From: Thermoanaerobaculia bacterium
GTDB lineage: Bacteria; Acidobacteriota; Thermoanaerobaculia; Multivoradales; Multivoraceae
Reading direction: 5' to 3'
NCBI GenBank assembly: GCA_963666565.1
Contig: OY762911.1
Span: 1,600,001-1,664,000 of the forward strand
DNA: 64,000 nucleotides
A model generated the notes under the pieces. It was not told where the DNA came from and made no database searches. It saw only the letters and a list, made by a program, of their open reading frames with translations. Position numbers and translations under genes: made by a program. Position 1 is the first letter of the stretch; every line of letters begins with the position of its first letter. Below, one piece after another: positions 44,671 to 54,912 of the stretch.

Positions 44671-45246
44671 ATGCATCTGCAGCTCGACCAGGCCCGTAAC
44701 GGCCCCCTGCACTGGCGCGATGCCATAAGCGTCGCCGCCGACGATCTGCGCCGCGACGAAGCGCTCGTCCTGGGCGACGTCGACTGCGAAGGCAGCCTGA
44801 CCTTCACCGGGCCGGACTTTCTGCTGCAGGCGCGGCTGCGCTACCGCTGCCGGCTCCGTTGCGACCGTTGCCTGACGCGGTACGAGGAGGACGTCGACCT
44901 GCCGCTGGCGTTCGTCGTCAGGGAGGACGGCGGAGACGCTCCGGCGGCCGCCGACGGCGCCGCGAACGGTGCCGGGGACGAACACGGCGCTCGCGAACTG
45001 GCGCCCGAGGATCTCTCGACGGTGGCCGCGGTGGACGGCGCCGTCGACCTGTTCCGGCTCGTCCGCGAGCACGTCGACCTGAACGTCCCGATGAAACCCA
45101 CCTGCGACGCCGCCTGCCGCGGCCTGTGTCCGCAGTGCGGCGCCGACCGGAACCGGGAAGCCTGCGACTGCGTCGCCGAGCGGGTGGATCCGCGCTGGGC
45201 CGCTCTCGAGGCGGTCCGCGAACGGCTTGTGGATAATCTGAGCTGA
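44671..45246 (+). CDS. yceD: DUF177 (YceD) protein
   Basis: CDRCL, CRGLCPQCG, DPRWAAL; lies upstream of rpmF. Confidence 0.9.
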   Translation: MHLQLDQARNGPLHWRDAISVAADDLRRDEALVLGDVDCEGSLTFTGPDFLLQARLRYRCRLRCDRCLTRYEEDVDLPLAFVVREDGGDAPAAADGAANGAGDEHGARELAPEDLSTVAAVDGAVDLFRLVREHVDLNVPMKPTCDAACRGLCPQCGADRNREACDCVAERVDPRWAALEAVRERLVDNLS

Positions 45247-45279
45247 CCGGCTACCCAGCCACGAAAGGAACGGAAGAAG

Positions 45280-45465
45280 ATGCCCAATCCCAAACGGCGG
45301 CACTCGAAGGCGCGCCGGGACCGGCGGCGGTCCCATGACGCGCTGAAGCGTCCCGCCGGCTCGCTTTGTCCGAACTGCGGCGAAACCAAGCTGCCTCACC
45401 GCGCCTGCAGCCACTGCGGCCACTACCGCGGGCGCGACGTGATCGACGTGGAGGACGTTCTCTAG
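45280..45465 (+). CDS. rpmF: 50S ribosomal protein L32
   Basis: [10 protein letters not shown]; zinc ribbon CxxC...CxxCG. Confidence 0.97.
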   Translation: MPNPKRRHSKARRDRRRSHDALKRPAGSLCPNCGETKLPHRACSHCGHYRGRDVIDVEDVL

Positions 45466-45498
45466 CCCGGGCGCTCCCGCGCCGCCGGCGTTGATCCC

Positions 45499-46560
45499 AT
45501 GACGAATCCGTCCCCCGCACCCGGCCCGACGGTGATCGCCGTCGACGCGATGGGCGGCGATCACGCCCCGCGGGCCGTGGTCGAGGGGGCGCTGCTGGCG
45601 GCCCGCGAGGACGGACTCCGGCTCCTCCTCGTGGGCCGGCGGGAGGACCTGGAACGGGAGATCGAGGAACTCGAGCCGGCGGCGAGGGCGCGCGGCCGGA
45701 TCGAGATCGTCCAGGCCCGCGAAGTCGTCGGCATGGGCGAGTCGGCACTGGCGGTGCGCCGCAAGCGCGACTCCTCGGTACGGGTCTGCGCGCGGCTGGT
45801 CAGGGAAGGCCGGGCCGCGGCGATGCTGACCGCCGGCAACACCGGCGCCGCCCTGGTCGCCGGCAAGATGGTCATCGGCGTGGCGCCCGGAGTCGACCGG
45901 CCGGCCCTCGCCGTCGTCATGCCGCGCCGCGACGGCAGCACGATCCTGCTCGACGCCGGCGCCAACGTCGATTCCAAGCTGCGCCAGCTCCGCCAGTTCG
46001 CGGTGATGGGCCACTACCTGGCGCAGCAACTCCTGAGCCTGGAGTCGCCGCGGATCGGCCTGCTGTCGATCGGCGAGGAGGTCGGCAAGGGGACGGAGTT
46101 TGTCCGCGAGGTGTTCAAGGCGCTCGACGCGACCGGGCTGAACTTCGTCGGCAACGTCGAGGGCGGCCACGTGTTCGACGGCGCCGTCGACGTCGTCGTC
46201 TGCGACGGGTTCGTCGGCAACGCGATCCTCAAGAGCGCCGAGTCCCTGGGCGAGTTCGTGGGCGGGCAGTTGCGGGACGAAATGGGGCGCACCTGGCGGT
46301 CGCGGCTCGGTTACCTGTTCGCCCGTCCGGCCTTCGAGCGCTTCAAGCGCCGGCTCGACTACAGCGAGTACGGCGGCGCGCCGCTGCTCGGGCTGCGGGG
46401 CGGCTGTTTCGTGGCGCACGGCCGCTCCTCGGCCCACGCGATCCACAGCGCCGTGCGGCGGGCGGTAGAGTTCTGCGAAGCCGACATTCACCTCAAGGTC
46501 AGCGCGAAGCTCTCCGAGGTCGCCTTCGAGACGCGCTCGAAGGCGGTGGTGGCGGGATGA
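45499..46560 (+). CDS. plsX: Phosphate acyltransferase
   Basis: AVDAMGGDHAP and CDGFVGN. Confidence 0.96.
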   Translation: MTNPSPAPGPTVIAVDAMGGDHAPRAVVEGALLAAREDGLRLLLVGRREDLEREIEELEPAARARGRIEIVQAREVVGMGESALAVRRKRDSSVRVCARLVREGRAAAMLTAGNTGAALVAGKMVIGVAPGVDRPALAVVMPRRDGSTILLDAGANVDSKLRQLRQFAVMGHYLAQQLLSLESPRIGLLSIGEEVGKGTEFVREVFKALDATGLNFVGNVEGGHVFDGAVDVVVCDGFVGNAILKSAESLGEFVGGQLRDEMGRTWRSRLGYLFARPAFERFKRRLDYSEYGGAPLLGLRGGCFVAHGRSSAHAIHSAVRRAVEFCEADIHLKVSAKLSEVAFETRSKAVVAG

Positions 46561-47600
46561 CGAACGGTCTCCAGGGAAACTCCTCGAACGGAACGCGGCG
46601 GGTCCGGATCGCCGGCACGGGCCGCTCGGTGCCGGAGCGGGTCCTCACCAACGCCGACCTGGAGCGCATCGTCGACACCACGAACGACTGGATCGTCGGG
46701 CGCACCGGCATCGAGCAGCGCCGGGTCGCGTCCGACGAGGAGTACACCTCGGTCTTCGCCGTCGACGCCGCCCGCAAGGCGCTGGAGATGGCCGGGGTCG
46801 AGGCGTCGGACGTGGACCTCGTGCTCATCTCGACGGTGACGCCGGACATGCCGTTCCCGGCCACGGCCTGCCTGGTGCAGGAGGAACTCGGCGCGAAGGG
46901 CGCCACCGCGTTCGACCTGAACGCCGGCTGCACGGGCTTCGTCTACGGGCTCTCCGTCGCCCGCCAGTACGTGTCGAGCGGCGCCGCCTCCACCGCCCTG
47001 GTCATCGGGGCCGAGTCGCTGACGAAGTACACGGACTACGAGGACCGCGCGACCTGCGTGCTGTTCGGCGATGGCGCCGGCGCGGTCGTGCTGCGCGGCG
47101 AGGATCCGCCCGAGCCTTCGAGCGAGAACGGGCTCTCCGGCATCCTCTCGGTGGCGATCCACAGCGACGGCTCGCTCGCTCACCTGCTCGAGATGCCGGG
47201 CGGCGGCAGCCGCAATCCTCCGAACCGTCCGGAGACCCTGGAGGCGCGTCTCCCCTTCATCCGCATGCTCGGCAACGAGACCTTCAAGGTCGCGGTGCGG
47301 ACCCTGGCCGAAGTGTCCGGCGAGGTGCTCGCCGGCGCCGGCCAGCAGCCCGAGGACGTCCGGTGGCTGATTCCCCACCAGGCGAACCGCCGGATCATCG
47401 ACGCCGTGGGCCGCAGGATCGAGGTGCCGGCCGACCGCGTTTACGTCAACGTCGAGCGCTACGGCAACACCTCGGCCGCCTCCATCCCGATCGCCCTGGA
47501 CGAGCTGAACCGCGACGGCCGGATCGATCCCGGCGACCTGGTCCTGATGGCCGCCTTCGGCGCGGGCCTCACCTGGGGCGCGGCCGCGGTGCGCTTTTGA
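46557..47600 (+). CDS. fabH: 3-oxoacyl-ACP synthase III
   Basis: AGCTGF, PHQAN and YGNTSAAS. Confidence 0.96.
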   Translation: MTNGLQGNSSNGTRRVRIAGTGRSVPERVLTNADLERIVDTTNDWIVGRTGIEQRRVASDEEYTSVFAVDAARKALEMAGVEASDVDLVLISTVTPDMPFPATACLVQEELGAKGATAFDLNAGCTGFVYGLSVARQYVSSGAASTALVIGAESLTKYTDYEDRATCVLFGDGAGAVVLRGEDPPEPSSENGLSGILSVAIHSDGSLAHLLEMPGGGSRNPPNRPETLEARLPFIRMLGNETFKVAVRTLAEVSGEVLAGAGQQPEDVRWLIPHQANRRIIDAVGRRIEVPADRVYVNVERYGNTSAASIPIALDELNRDGRIDPGDLVLMAAFGAGLTWGAAAVRF

Positions 47601-48526
47601 GCGGGACGGCGTACGTCTTTCCGGGCCAGGGCTCGCAGCGGGTCGGCATGGGCCGCGCTCTCGCCTCCGCCTTCCCCGAGGCGCGGGCGGTGTTCGAGGA
47701 GGCGGACGACACGCTCGGCTTCTCGCTCTCCGGGCTCTGCTTCGACGGTCCCGAGGACGAACTCCAGTTGACCGCGAACACCCAGCCCGCGATTGTCGCC
47801 ATGTCGGTCGCGGTGCTTCGCTGCTACGGGGCGCAGAGTCCGCCGCCGGAGGCGCCGGCCTTCGTCGCCGGCCACAGCCTGGGCGAGTACTCGGCGCTGG
47901 TGGCGGCCGGAGCGCTGGAACTCGCCGATGCGCTGCGGCTGGTGCGGGCGCGCGGCCGGGCGATGCAGCGGGCGGTGCCGGTCGGCGAGGGCGCGATGGC
48001 CGCGATCCTCGGCCTGAGCGAGGAGGACACGGCAGCGGCGTCGGCCCGGGCCGCGAGCGAGACCGGCGGCGTCTGCCAGCTCGCGAACCTGAACGCGCCG
48101 GGACAGATCGTCATCGCCGGCGCGGCCGCGGCGGTCGAGCGCGCGACGGAGCTCGCGTCCGAGGCGGGCGCGCGGCGGGCGATCCCGCTGCCGGTGTCGG
48201 CGCCCTTCCACTGCGCCCTGATGGCGCCGGCGCGCGAGGCGATGGAACCCCTGATCCGGGAGGTGCCGATGGCGGACCCGCAGGTCCCGGTCGTGTGCAA
48301 CGTGGACGCGGCGGCGGTGACGACGGCGGCGGCGGCGCGGGACGCGCTGGTCCGGCAGATCGACGGCGCCGTGCGCTGGTCGGAGTCGGTGGCGCTGATG
48401 GCGTCGCGGGGCGTCGAGCGGCTGGTCGAGATCGGACCGGGCAAGGTGCTGTCCGGGCTCGCGCGGCGCATCGAGCGGCGCCTGAAGGTCCGGGCGATCG
48501 CGGCGCCGGAGGATCTGGCCGGGTGA
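47597..48526 (+). CDS. fabD: Malonyl-CoA-ACP transacylase
   Basis: FPGQGSQ, GHSLG and SAPFH; TTG at 47597. Confidence 0.96.
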   Translation: MSGTAYVFPGQGSQRVGMGRALASAFPEARAVFEEADDTLGFSLSGLCFDGPEDELQLTANTQPAIVAMSVAVLRCYGAQSPPPEAPAFVAGHSLGEYSALVAAGALELADALRLVRARGRAMQRAVPVGEGAMAAILGLSEEDTAAASARAASETGGVCQLANLNAPGQIVIAGAAAAVERATELASEAGARRAIPLPVSAPFHCALMAPAREAMEPLIREVPMADPQVPVVCNVDAAAVTTAAAARDALVRQIDGAVRWSESVALMASRGVERLVEIGPGKVLSGLARRIERRLKVRAIAAPEDLAG

Positions 48527-49269
48527 CGGTTTTCGACCTGGGCGGCAGGACGGCGCTGGTCACCGGGGCCTCGCGCGGCATCGGCCGCGCCGCGGCGCTG
48601 TTGCTGGCGCGGCAGGGTGCGCGGGTGGTCCTCGCCGCCCGCAACGAGGAACTGCTCGGCGAAGTCGCCGGCGAGATTCGGGCGCGCGGCGGCGAAGCTC
48701 ATCCGACGGCGCTCGACCTGGCTGACCACGACTCGATTCCCGGCGCCGTCCGCGGATTGCCGAAGGACTTCGCGGCCGTCGACATCCTGGTGAACAACGC
48801 GGGCGTCACCGCCGACAACCTGCTGGCGCGAATGACCCTCGAGCAGTGGCGGCGGGTGATGGACGTCAACCTGACCGGCGCCTTCGTCCTGACCAAGGCG
48901 CTCGTTCGCGGCATGATGCGGCGGCGCCACGGCCGGGTGGTTTCCGTGTCGTCGGTGGCCGGCGTGGTCGGCAACGCGGGCCAGGCGAACTACGCGGCCT
49001 CCAAGGCCGGCCTGATCGGGTTCAGCAAGTCGCTCGCGCGGGAGCTCCTGAGCCGCGGGATCACGGTGAACGTGGTGGCGCCGGGCTTCATCGAGACGGA
49101 CATGACGGCGGCCCTGCCGGACGGGGCGGGCGAGCGCTTCCTCGAGCAGCACGGCCTGGTCCGGCTGGGCACGGTGGAGGACATCGCGGCGGCGGTGCTC
49201 TACCTGGCGAGCGACGAGGCGTCCTACGTCACCGGCGAGGTGCTGAGCGTCAGCGGGGGCATGACCTGA
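48523..49269 (+). CDS. fabG: 3-oxoacyl-ACP reductase
   Basis: [12 protein letters not shown] and YAASK. Confidence 0.96.
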   Translation: MTVFDLGGRTALVTGASRGIGRAAALLLARQGARVVLAARNEELLGEVAGEIRARGGEAHPTALDLADHDSIPGAVRGLPKDFAAVDILVNNAGVTADNLLARMTLEQWRRVMDVNLTGAFVLTKALVRGMMRRRHGRVVSVSSVAGVVGNAGQANYAASKAGLIGFSKSLARELLSRGITVNVVAPGFIETDMTAALPDGAGERFLEQHGLVRLGTVEDIAAAVLYLASDEASYVTGEVLSVSGGMT

Positions 49270-49384
49270 GCCCGCGTCGGGACGGCGGGCGCGGCATTGG
49301 ACGGATCGCCCCGGTGGTGGCATAGTCTCTGCTGCCCGCGGGTCCCAGACGCCAAACCTGCCCCTACTCTCGAGAGGAACCAGA

Positions 49385-49618
49385 ATGTCCGTAGTCGCAA
49401 AGGTCAACAGCATCATCGTCGAGCAGCTCGGAGTCGATGCCGACGAAGTCACTCCGGAGGCGAGCTTTACCGACGACCTCGGCGCCGACTCGCTCGACAT
49501 CGTCGAGCTGGTCATGGCCTTCGAGGAGGAGTTCGGCATCGAGATCCCGGACGAGGACGCCGAGAAGATCGGCTCGGTCAAGGAGGCCACCGACTACATC
49601 CAGGCTCACGGGTCCTAG
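49385..49618 (+). CDS. acpP: Acyl carrier protein
   Basis: DLGADSLD. Confidence 0.97.
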   Translation: MSVVAKVNSIIVEQLGVDADEVTPEASFTDDLGADSLDIVELVMAFEEEFGIEIPDEDAEKIGSVKEATDYIQAHGS

Positions 49619-49677
49619 GGCCGGGAGTCGTCGCAGCGTTTCCGCCGCGCTGTCGCATGTCGAAGTGGCCGCCCACC

Positions 49678-49755
49678 GGGTGCGCGGGTCCTCCGACCCG
49701 CATTGGGTGCGCGGGTCTTCCGACCCGCATTGGGTGCGCGGGTCTTCCGACCCGC
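49678..49755 (+). repeat. Three tandem REP copies, 27-bp period, between acpP and fabF
   Basis: Units separated by ATT. Confidence 0.9.
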
Positions 49756-49776
49756 TTCCGCCGGGACTCGTGACGG

Positions 49777-51018
<1,242 letters not shown>

Positions 51019-51144
51019 CGCGCGCCTGGGTGCGTGTGTCCTCCGACCGCTGGCGCCGAGGGCGGCCGGGAGGTTCGCGGCGGGCTGCTAGTATCGTCGT
51101 CTCAATCAGTTACAGCAGGTGCCGCGCGCCAGAAAGGAACGGAC

Positions 51145-51876
51145 ATGGCTGCATCGACCTCTTCGAACCCCGCCACCAGGATGGGAGGGCTGGCTCTGCT
51201 CGTCGGAGTCGTTCTGCTGTTTGTCGCATCGTTCCTCCTTCCCGGGGGCGTGCTCAACCCGGTGGACCAGACCGACTTCCCTCTGGCCCTTGAGACGATG
51301 GCCGCGAACGCCAGCGCCGCGCATCTGGCGTCGATGCTGTCGATCGGCGGGATGTTCCTCTACATGTACGCCGCCTCCACGTGGCTCCGCCTGCCCGGAA
51401 CGACCGGGTTCGGCGGCGCCTGCCTGCGGTTGGGGGCGTTCGCGAGCATGTTCGGCTGGAGCCTCTACCTCGTCGCGATGGGCATGAGGCAGTTCAGCGT
51501 CCACCTGATGCAGCGCGGCATGCAGCCCGGCGCCGATCAGGCCATGCTGGAGTCCTTCGCCCTCAGCGCCTACGCGGCGATGGCCGGCATCGTTGTGGCG
51601 CTGGTCAGCGTCTATCCGCTCGCGTCCATCCTGGTCGGCATCGGCCTTGCCTCGCGTTTCGACTCGGTGGGCCTCTTCAAGGTGGCCTCCTGCGGCTTCG
51701 TCGTTCTCGGGGTCGTGGCAAGCATCAACCACATGGTCCTTCAGCACGTCCCCACGATCGATCCCAGGGTTCTCCTGGTGAACGACAACGGCATGCAAGC
51801 GCTCGGGTCGCTCTGCTTCGTCATCATCGGGATCGGGATGTACCGCGGCAGGAGCGAACTCACCTCGGAGGACTGA
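51145..51876 (+). CDS. Hypothetical multi-pass membrane protein
   Basis: About six TM segments; AAGGA SD. Confidence 0.7.
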   Translation: MAASTSSNPATRMGGLALLVGVVLLFVASFLLPGGVLNPVDQTDFPLALETMAANASAAHLASMLSIGGMFLYMYAASTWLRLPGTTGFGGACLRLGAFASMFGWSLYLVAMGMRQFSVHLMQRGMQPGADQAMLESFALSAYAAMAGIVVALVSVYPLASILVGIGLASRFDSVGLFKVASCGFVVLGVVASINHMVLQHVPTIDPRVLLVNDNGMQALGSLCFVIIGIGMYRGRSELTSED

Positions 51877-51936
51877 CCGGCGGCAGGGAGGCGCCGGCCT
51901 CCGGCCGGCGCGTCTTTCCGGCCGCTTCCGGCGGCA

Positions 51937-51960
51937 GCGGGTCGGAAGACCCGCGCACCC
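51937..51960 (-). repeat. REP copy, inverted relative to a degenerate copy at 51028
   Basis: Exact reverse complement of the 24-mer. Confidence 0.85.
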
Positions 51961-51997
51961 GGCGGAAGGCCCGCGCCACTCCGGTCGCGGAGCCTGC

Positions 51998-52026
51998 TTG
52001 ACACTCCGTGCCTTCCGGTGCAGTAT
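51998..52026 (+). promoter_or_regulatory. Sigma70-like promoter of the aro-his-trp leader
   Basis: TTGACA-N17-CAGTAT. Confidence 0.6.
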
Positions 52027-52071
52027 GCGCGCTCCTGGAGCCGTTCCGACCCGTTCCGCCTTCGCCTCGTC

Positions 52072-52176
52072 ATGAACTCACCGGCCAGCACTCCCGCGTT
52101 CGTCGCCGCCTCCGTCGCTTCGGCGACCGGCGTCGTCACGGCTTCCTGGTGGGCTCACGGTCACGGCAAGGGCTGA
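52072..52176 (+). CDS. Leader peptide MNSPASTPAFVAASVASATGVVTASWWAHGHGKG
   Basis: TGG TGG then CAC GGT CAC just before the stop; lies upstream of a terminator and the his/trp genes. Confidence 0.75.
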   Translation: MNSPASTPAFVAASVASATGVVTASWWAHGHGKG

Positions 52177-52220
52177 ACCGGGGTCAGGTCCCGGTACGCG
52201 GTCCGGGACGAGGGCGAGCG

Positions 52221-52258
52221 AAAGACCTCCTTCCGGATCGAAGGAGGTCTTTTCGTTT
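52221..52258 (+). terminator. Attenuator terminator / SD-sequestering hairpin
   Basis: AAAGACCTCCTTC-cggatc-GAAGGAGGTCTTT then TCGTTT; 3' arm contains AAGGAGG. Confidence 0.8.
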
Positions 52259-53768
52259 GAGTTCGACAACCGAGAATCCGCCGCGAGCCACCCTGGTGGC
52301 GTCGCTGACCGAGGCGCCCGGCGCGTCCGGCGACGAGGTGCGCGCTCTCTCGGAACAGGCGGACTGCCTGGAGGTGCGAGCGGACCTGGTCGGCGAAGTC
52401 GGCGTCGAGTGGTTGCGGGAGCGGTTCGCGGGCGAGCTCCTCTACACGCTGCGGAGCGAGGCGGAAGGCGGTCGCGGGCCGGTCGAGCCGGAGCGCCGCG
52501 CGGCGCTGCTCTCGGCGGCCCGCGGCTACGACCTGGTCGACATCGAGGCGGACCGCGACCTGGGCAGGACCGTCCTGGACGCGGTCGAACCGGGACGACG
52601 CGTCGTTTCCTGGCACGGGCGGGCCGGAGACGTGAAGGCCCTGCGGGGCCGCCTGAGGCAGGTTTCCGGGGTCGAGGCGCGGCTCTGCAAGCTGGTCGCC
52701 GCCGCGGAGAACTCCGGCGAGGAGCTGGCGCCGCTGGAACTGCTGCTCGAGGAGGGCCGGGAGGACGTCGCGGCCTTCTCGATGGGCGCCGTCGGCGCCT
52801 GGACCCGGCTGGTGGCGCCTCGCTTCGGCGCGCCGTGGATCTACGGCGCCGCGGGGCCGCTCGCCGCCGCGCCCGGCCAGCCGTCCATCGAACGGCTGCG
52901 GGCCGACTACGACCTGCCGCGCCTGCATTGGGCCAGACGGCTGTTCGGCGTCGTCGGCCACCCGACGGCGCACAGCCTGTCGCCCAGGCTGCACAACGCC
53001 GGCTATCGGGACCGGGGCGAGGAGGCGCTCTACGTCGCCTTCGACGCGCCGTCGTTCGAAGAGTTCTGGAGCGAGGTCGCGCGAAGCGACTTCTTCGACC
53101 GCGCGGGCCTGCCCCTGGGAGGCCTGAGCGTCACCGCGCCGCACAAGGCGGCTGCGCTGGCGGCGGCGTCGGAGGCCGGTGACCTGGCGGTGCGCACGGC
53201 GGGCGCGAACACCCTGCTCCCCGGCGCCGGCGAGGCGGCCGGGAGGCCGTGGCGGGCCGAGAGCACCGACCCGGAAGGGGTCGCGGGTCCGCTCCTGCGC
53301 CGCGGCATCGACCTGGCGGGCCGGCCGGCGGCGGTCATCGGCGCCGGCGGGGCCGGGCGTGCGGCCGCCGCCGGTCTCGCCGCGGCGGGCGCCGAAGTCG
53401 CGCTCGCCAACCGCACGGAGTCGACCGGCCGGGCGGCCGCCTCGTCGCTCGGCGTCGCCTTCGTGCCGCTCGATGAACTGGAACCGGGCGCCTTCGACAT
53501 TGTGGTCAACGCCACCTCGCTCGGCGGGCGGCCCGGCGATCCGCTGCCCTGCGACCCGGCGGCGGTCCGTCCCGCGGCGGCCGCGGTCGAGCTGGTCTAC
53601 GGCGGCGGCCCGACGCCCTGGGGCCGGGCGCTCGCGGACCGGGGCGTCGCCGTGGTCGACGGCCGGGAAGTGCTGCTGCATCAGGGACTGGCGCAGTTCG
53701 AGGCGATGACGGGGAAGGACCTGCCCTTCGAGGTCGGCGCAGCGGCCCTGGGTCTGGAGGCGCGATGA
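52257..53768 (+). CDS. aroE: Bifunctional type I 3-dehydroquinate dehydratase / shikimate dehydrogenase (AroD-AroE)
   Basis: LYTLRS.EGG, VSWH, CKL; HSLSP..HN, SVTAPHK, GAGGAG; TTG at 52257 after AAGGAGG. Confidence 0.88.
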   Translation: MSSTTENPPRATLVASLTEAPGASGDEVRALSEQADCLEVRADLVGEVGVEWLRERFAGELLYTLRSEAEGGRGPVEPERRAALLSAARGYDLVDIEADRDLGRTVLDAVEPGRRVVSWHGRAGDVKALRGRLRQVSGVEARLCKLVAAAENSGEELAPLELLLEEGREDVAAFSMGAVGAWTRLVAPRFGAPWIYGAAGPLAAAPGQPSIERLRADYDLPRLHWARRLFGVVGHPTAHSLSPRLHNAGYRDRGEEALYVAFDAPSFEEFWSEVARSDFFDRAGLPLGGLSVTAPHKAAALAAASEAGDLAVRTAGANTLLPGAGEAAGRPWRAESTDPEGVAGPLLRRGIDLAGRPAAVIGAGGAGRAAAAGLAAAGAEVALANRTESTGRAAASSLGVAFVPLDELEPGAFDIVVNATSLGGRPGDPLPCDPAAVRPAAAAVELVYGGGPTPWGRALADRGVAVVDGREVLLHQGLAQFEAMTGKDLPFEVGAAALGLEAR

Positions 53769-54832
53769 AGATCTCCGCGGGCCTGCCGACCGGAGTGTCG
53801 GCCGCTCTCTTCGACAGCGCCAGGCGGCGCCGGCGCCTGGAGGCGCGCCTTTCGGGTCTGCTGGAGGAACGCGGCTTCGCCGAGGTCCTGCTGCCCATCC
53901 TCGACTACTTCGAACCGTACCGGCCGTTGCTGACGGGCCGGCGGCTGGAGCAGCTCTACCGCTTCGTCGACCGGGACGGTCAACTGCTCGTCCTGCGCGG
54001 CGACTTCACGCCGATGCTGGCGCGGCTGCTGGCGCCGCACCTCGACGAACTGGAGTTGCCGCTGCGCCTCTACTACCGGGGCGATGTCGTGCGGCACCAG
54101 CCGCTGCGTCCGGGCCGGATGCGCGAGTACTCCCAGTTGGGCGCCGAACTGCTCGGCGGCGACGAGGCCGAGGCGGACGAGGGGATGCTGACGCTGTTCC
54201 TCGACCTGCTGCTCGAGGCGCGGGGCGCCGAAGGGGACGCTCTGTCGGGAACCGGCGCGGGAAGCCAGCCAGAAGGCCGATGCACCGACAGTGAGTCTGA
54301 GGCCGAGCGCACTGGCGAGGACGCGGCGCTTCGGGTCGTGCTCGGCGCGGCGGGAGCGCTCGACGAGGCCCTTCTGGCTGCCGGCGAGCAAGAAGCCTCC
54401 GACCTTGCGTTGCGGATCGCCAGCCGCGACCGGGCCGCGGCGCGCCGGGCCGGCCTGGCCGAGGTCGTCGAACGCGGCTACCCGTCCGACCTCTCCGTTC
54501 TGGGCGAGGCCGCCGGCGCGGTGTCCGAGCTGGTCGCCCTGCGCGACCGACTGGCCGCCGCGTACCGGTCCCGCGGCATCGAGATCGAGGTCGACCTCGC
54601 CGAGTTCGCCGCCGCCGCGCTCGACAGGCGCATCGGCGTGGCCGCGGGTCCGCGCGGCTACTACGACGGCCTGATGTTCGCGGCCTACGCGCCGGGGACG
54701 GCCCTGGCCCTCGGCGTCGGCGGCCGCTACGACCGGGTGTTCCGCTCGCTCAGCGGCGACTGCTCCGCGGTCGGCTTCTCGTTCGGCCTCGATCTGCTGC
54801 TGGAACTCGGCGCCGCGGAGGCGCGGTCATGA
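53765..54832 (+). CDS. hisZ: ATP phosphoribosyltransferase regulatory subunit
   Basis: HisRS-like LRGDFT, RLYY.G, QLGAEL, YYDG, GGRYD. Confidence 0.9.
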   Translation: MKISAGLPTGVSAALFDSARRRRRLEARLSGLLEERGFAEVLLPILDYFEPYRPLLTGRRLEQLYRFVDRDGQLLVLRGDFTPMLARLLAPHLDELELPLRLYYRGDVVRHQPLRPGRMREYSQLGAELLGGDEAEADEGMLTLFLDLLLEARGAEGDALSGTGAGSQPEGRCTDSESEAERTGEDAALRVVLGAAGALDEALLAAGEQEASDLALRIASRDRAAARRAGLAEVVERGYPSDLSVLGEAAGAVSELVALRDRLAAAYRSRGIEIEVDLAEFAAAALDRRIGVAAGPRGYYDGLMFAAYAPGTALALGVGGRYDRVFRSLSGDCSAVGFSFGLDLLLELGAAEARS

Positions 54833-54912
54833 TCGCGTTCCGCATGTCGCCCGGCTTCTCGTTCGGTCTCGATCGTCTGCTCGAACCTGGGACGGCGGAG
54901 GCACGGTCATGA
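54829..54912 (+). CDS. Putative 27-aa relay mini-ORF formed by an 80-bp junction duplication
   Basis: MIAFRMSPGFSFGLDRLLEPGTAEARS; ATGA overlaps with the hisZ stop and the hisG start. Confidence 0.4.
   Translation: MIAFRMSPGFSFGLDRLLEPGTAEARS

Noticed and set aside
52025-52075. 16-codon uORF overlapping the leader start by ATGA
   Set aside because: Its ATG lies within the predicted -10 element and so would not be transcribed; revisit if the TSS maps further upstream
52008-52256. N-terminal 83 aa of the 586-aa ORF
   Set aside because: Overlaps the promoter, leader peptide and terminator; DHQase-like sequence begins after 52257
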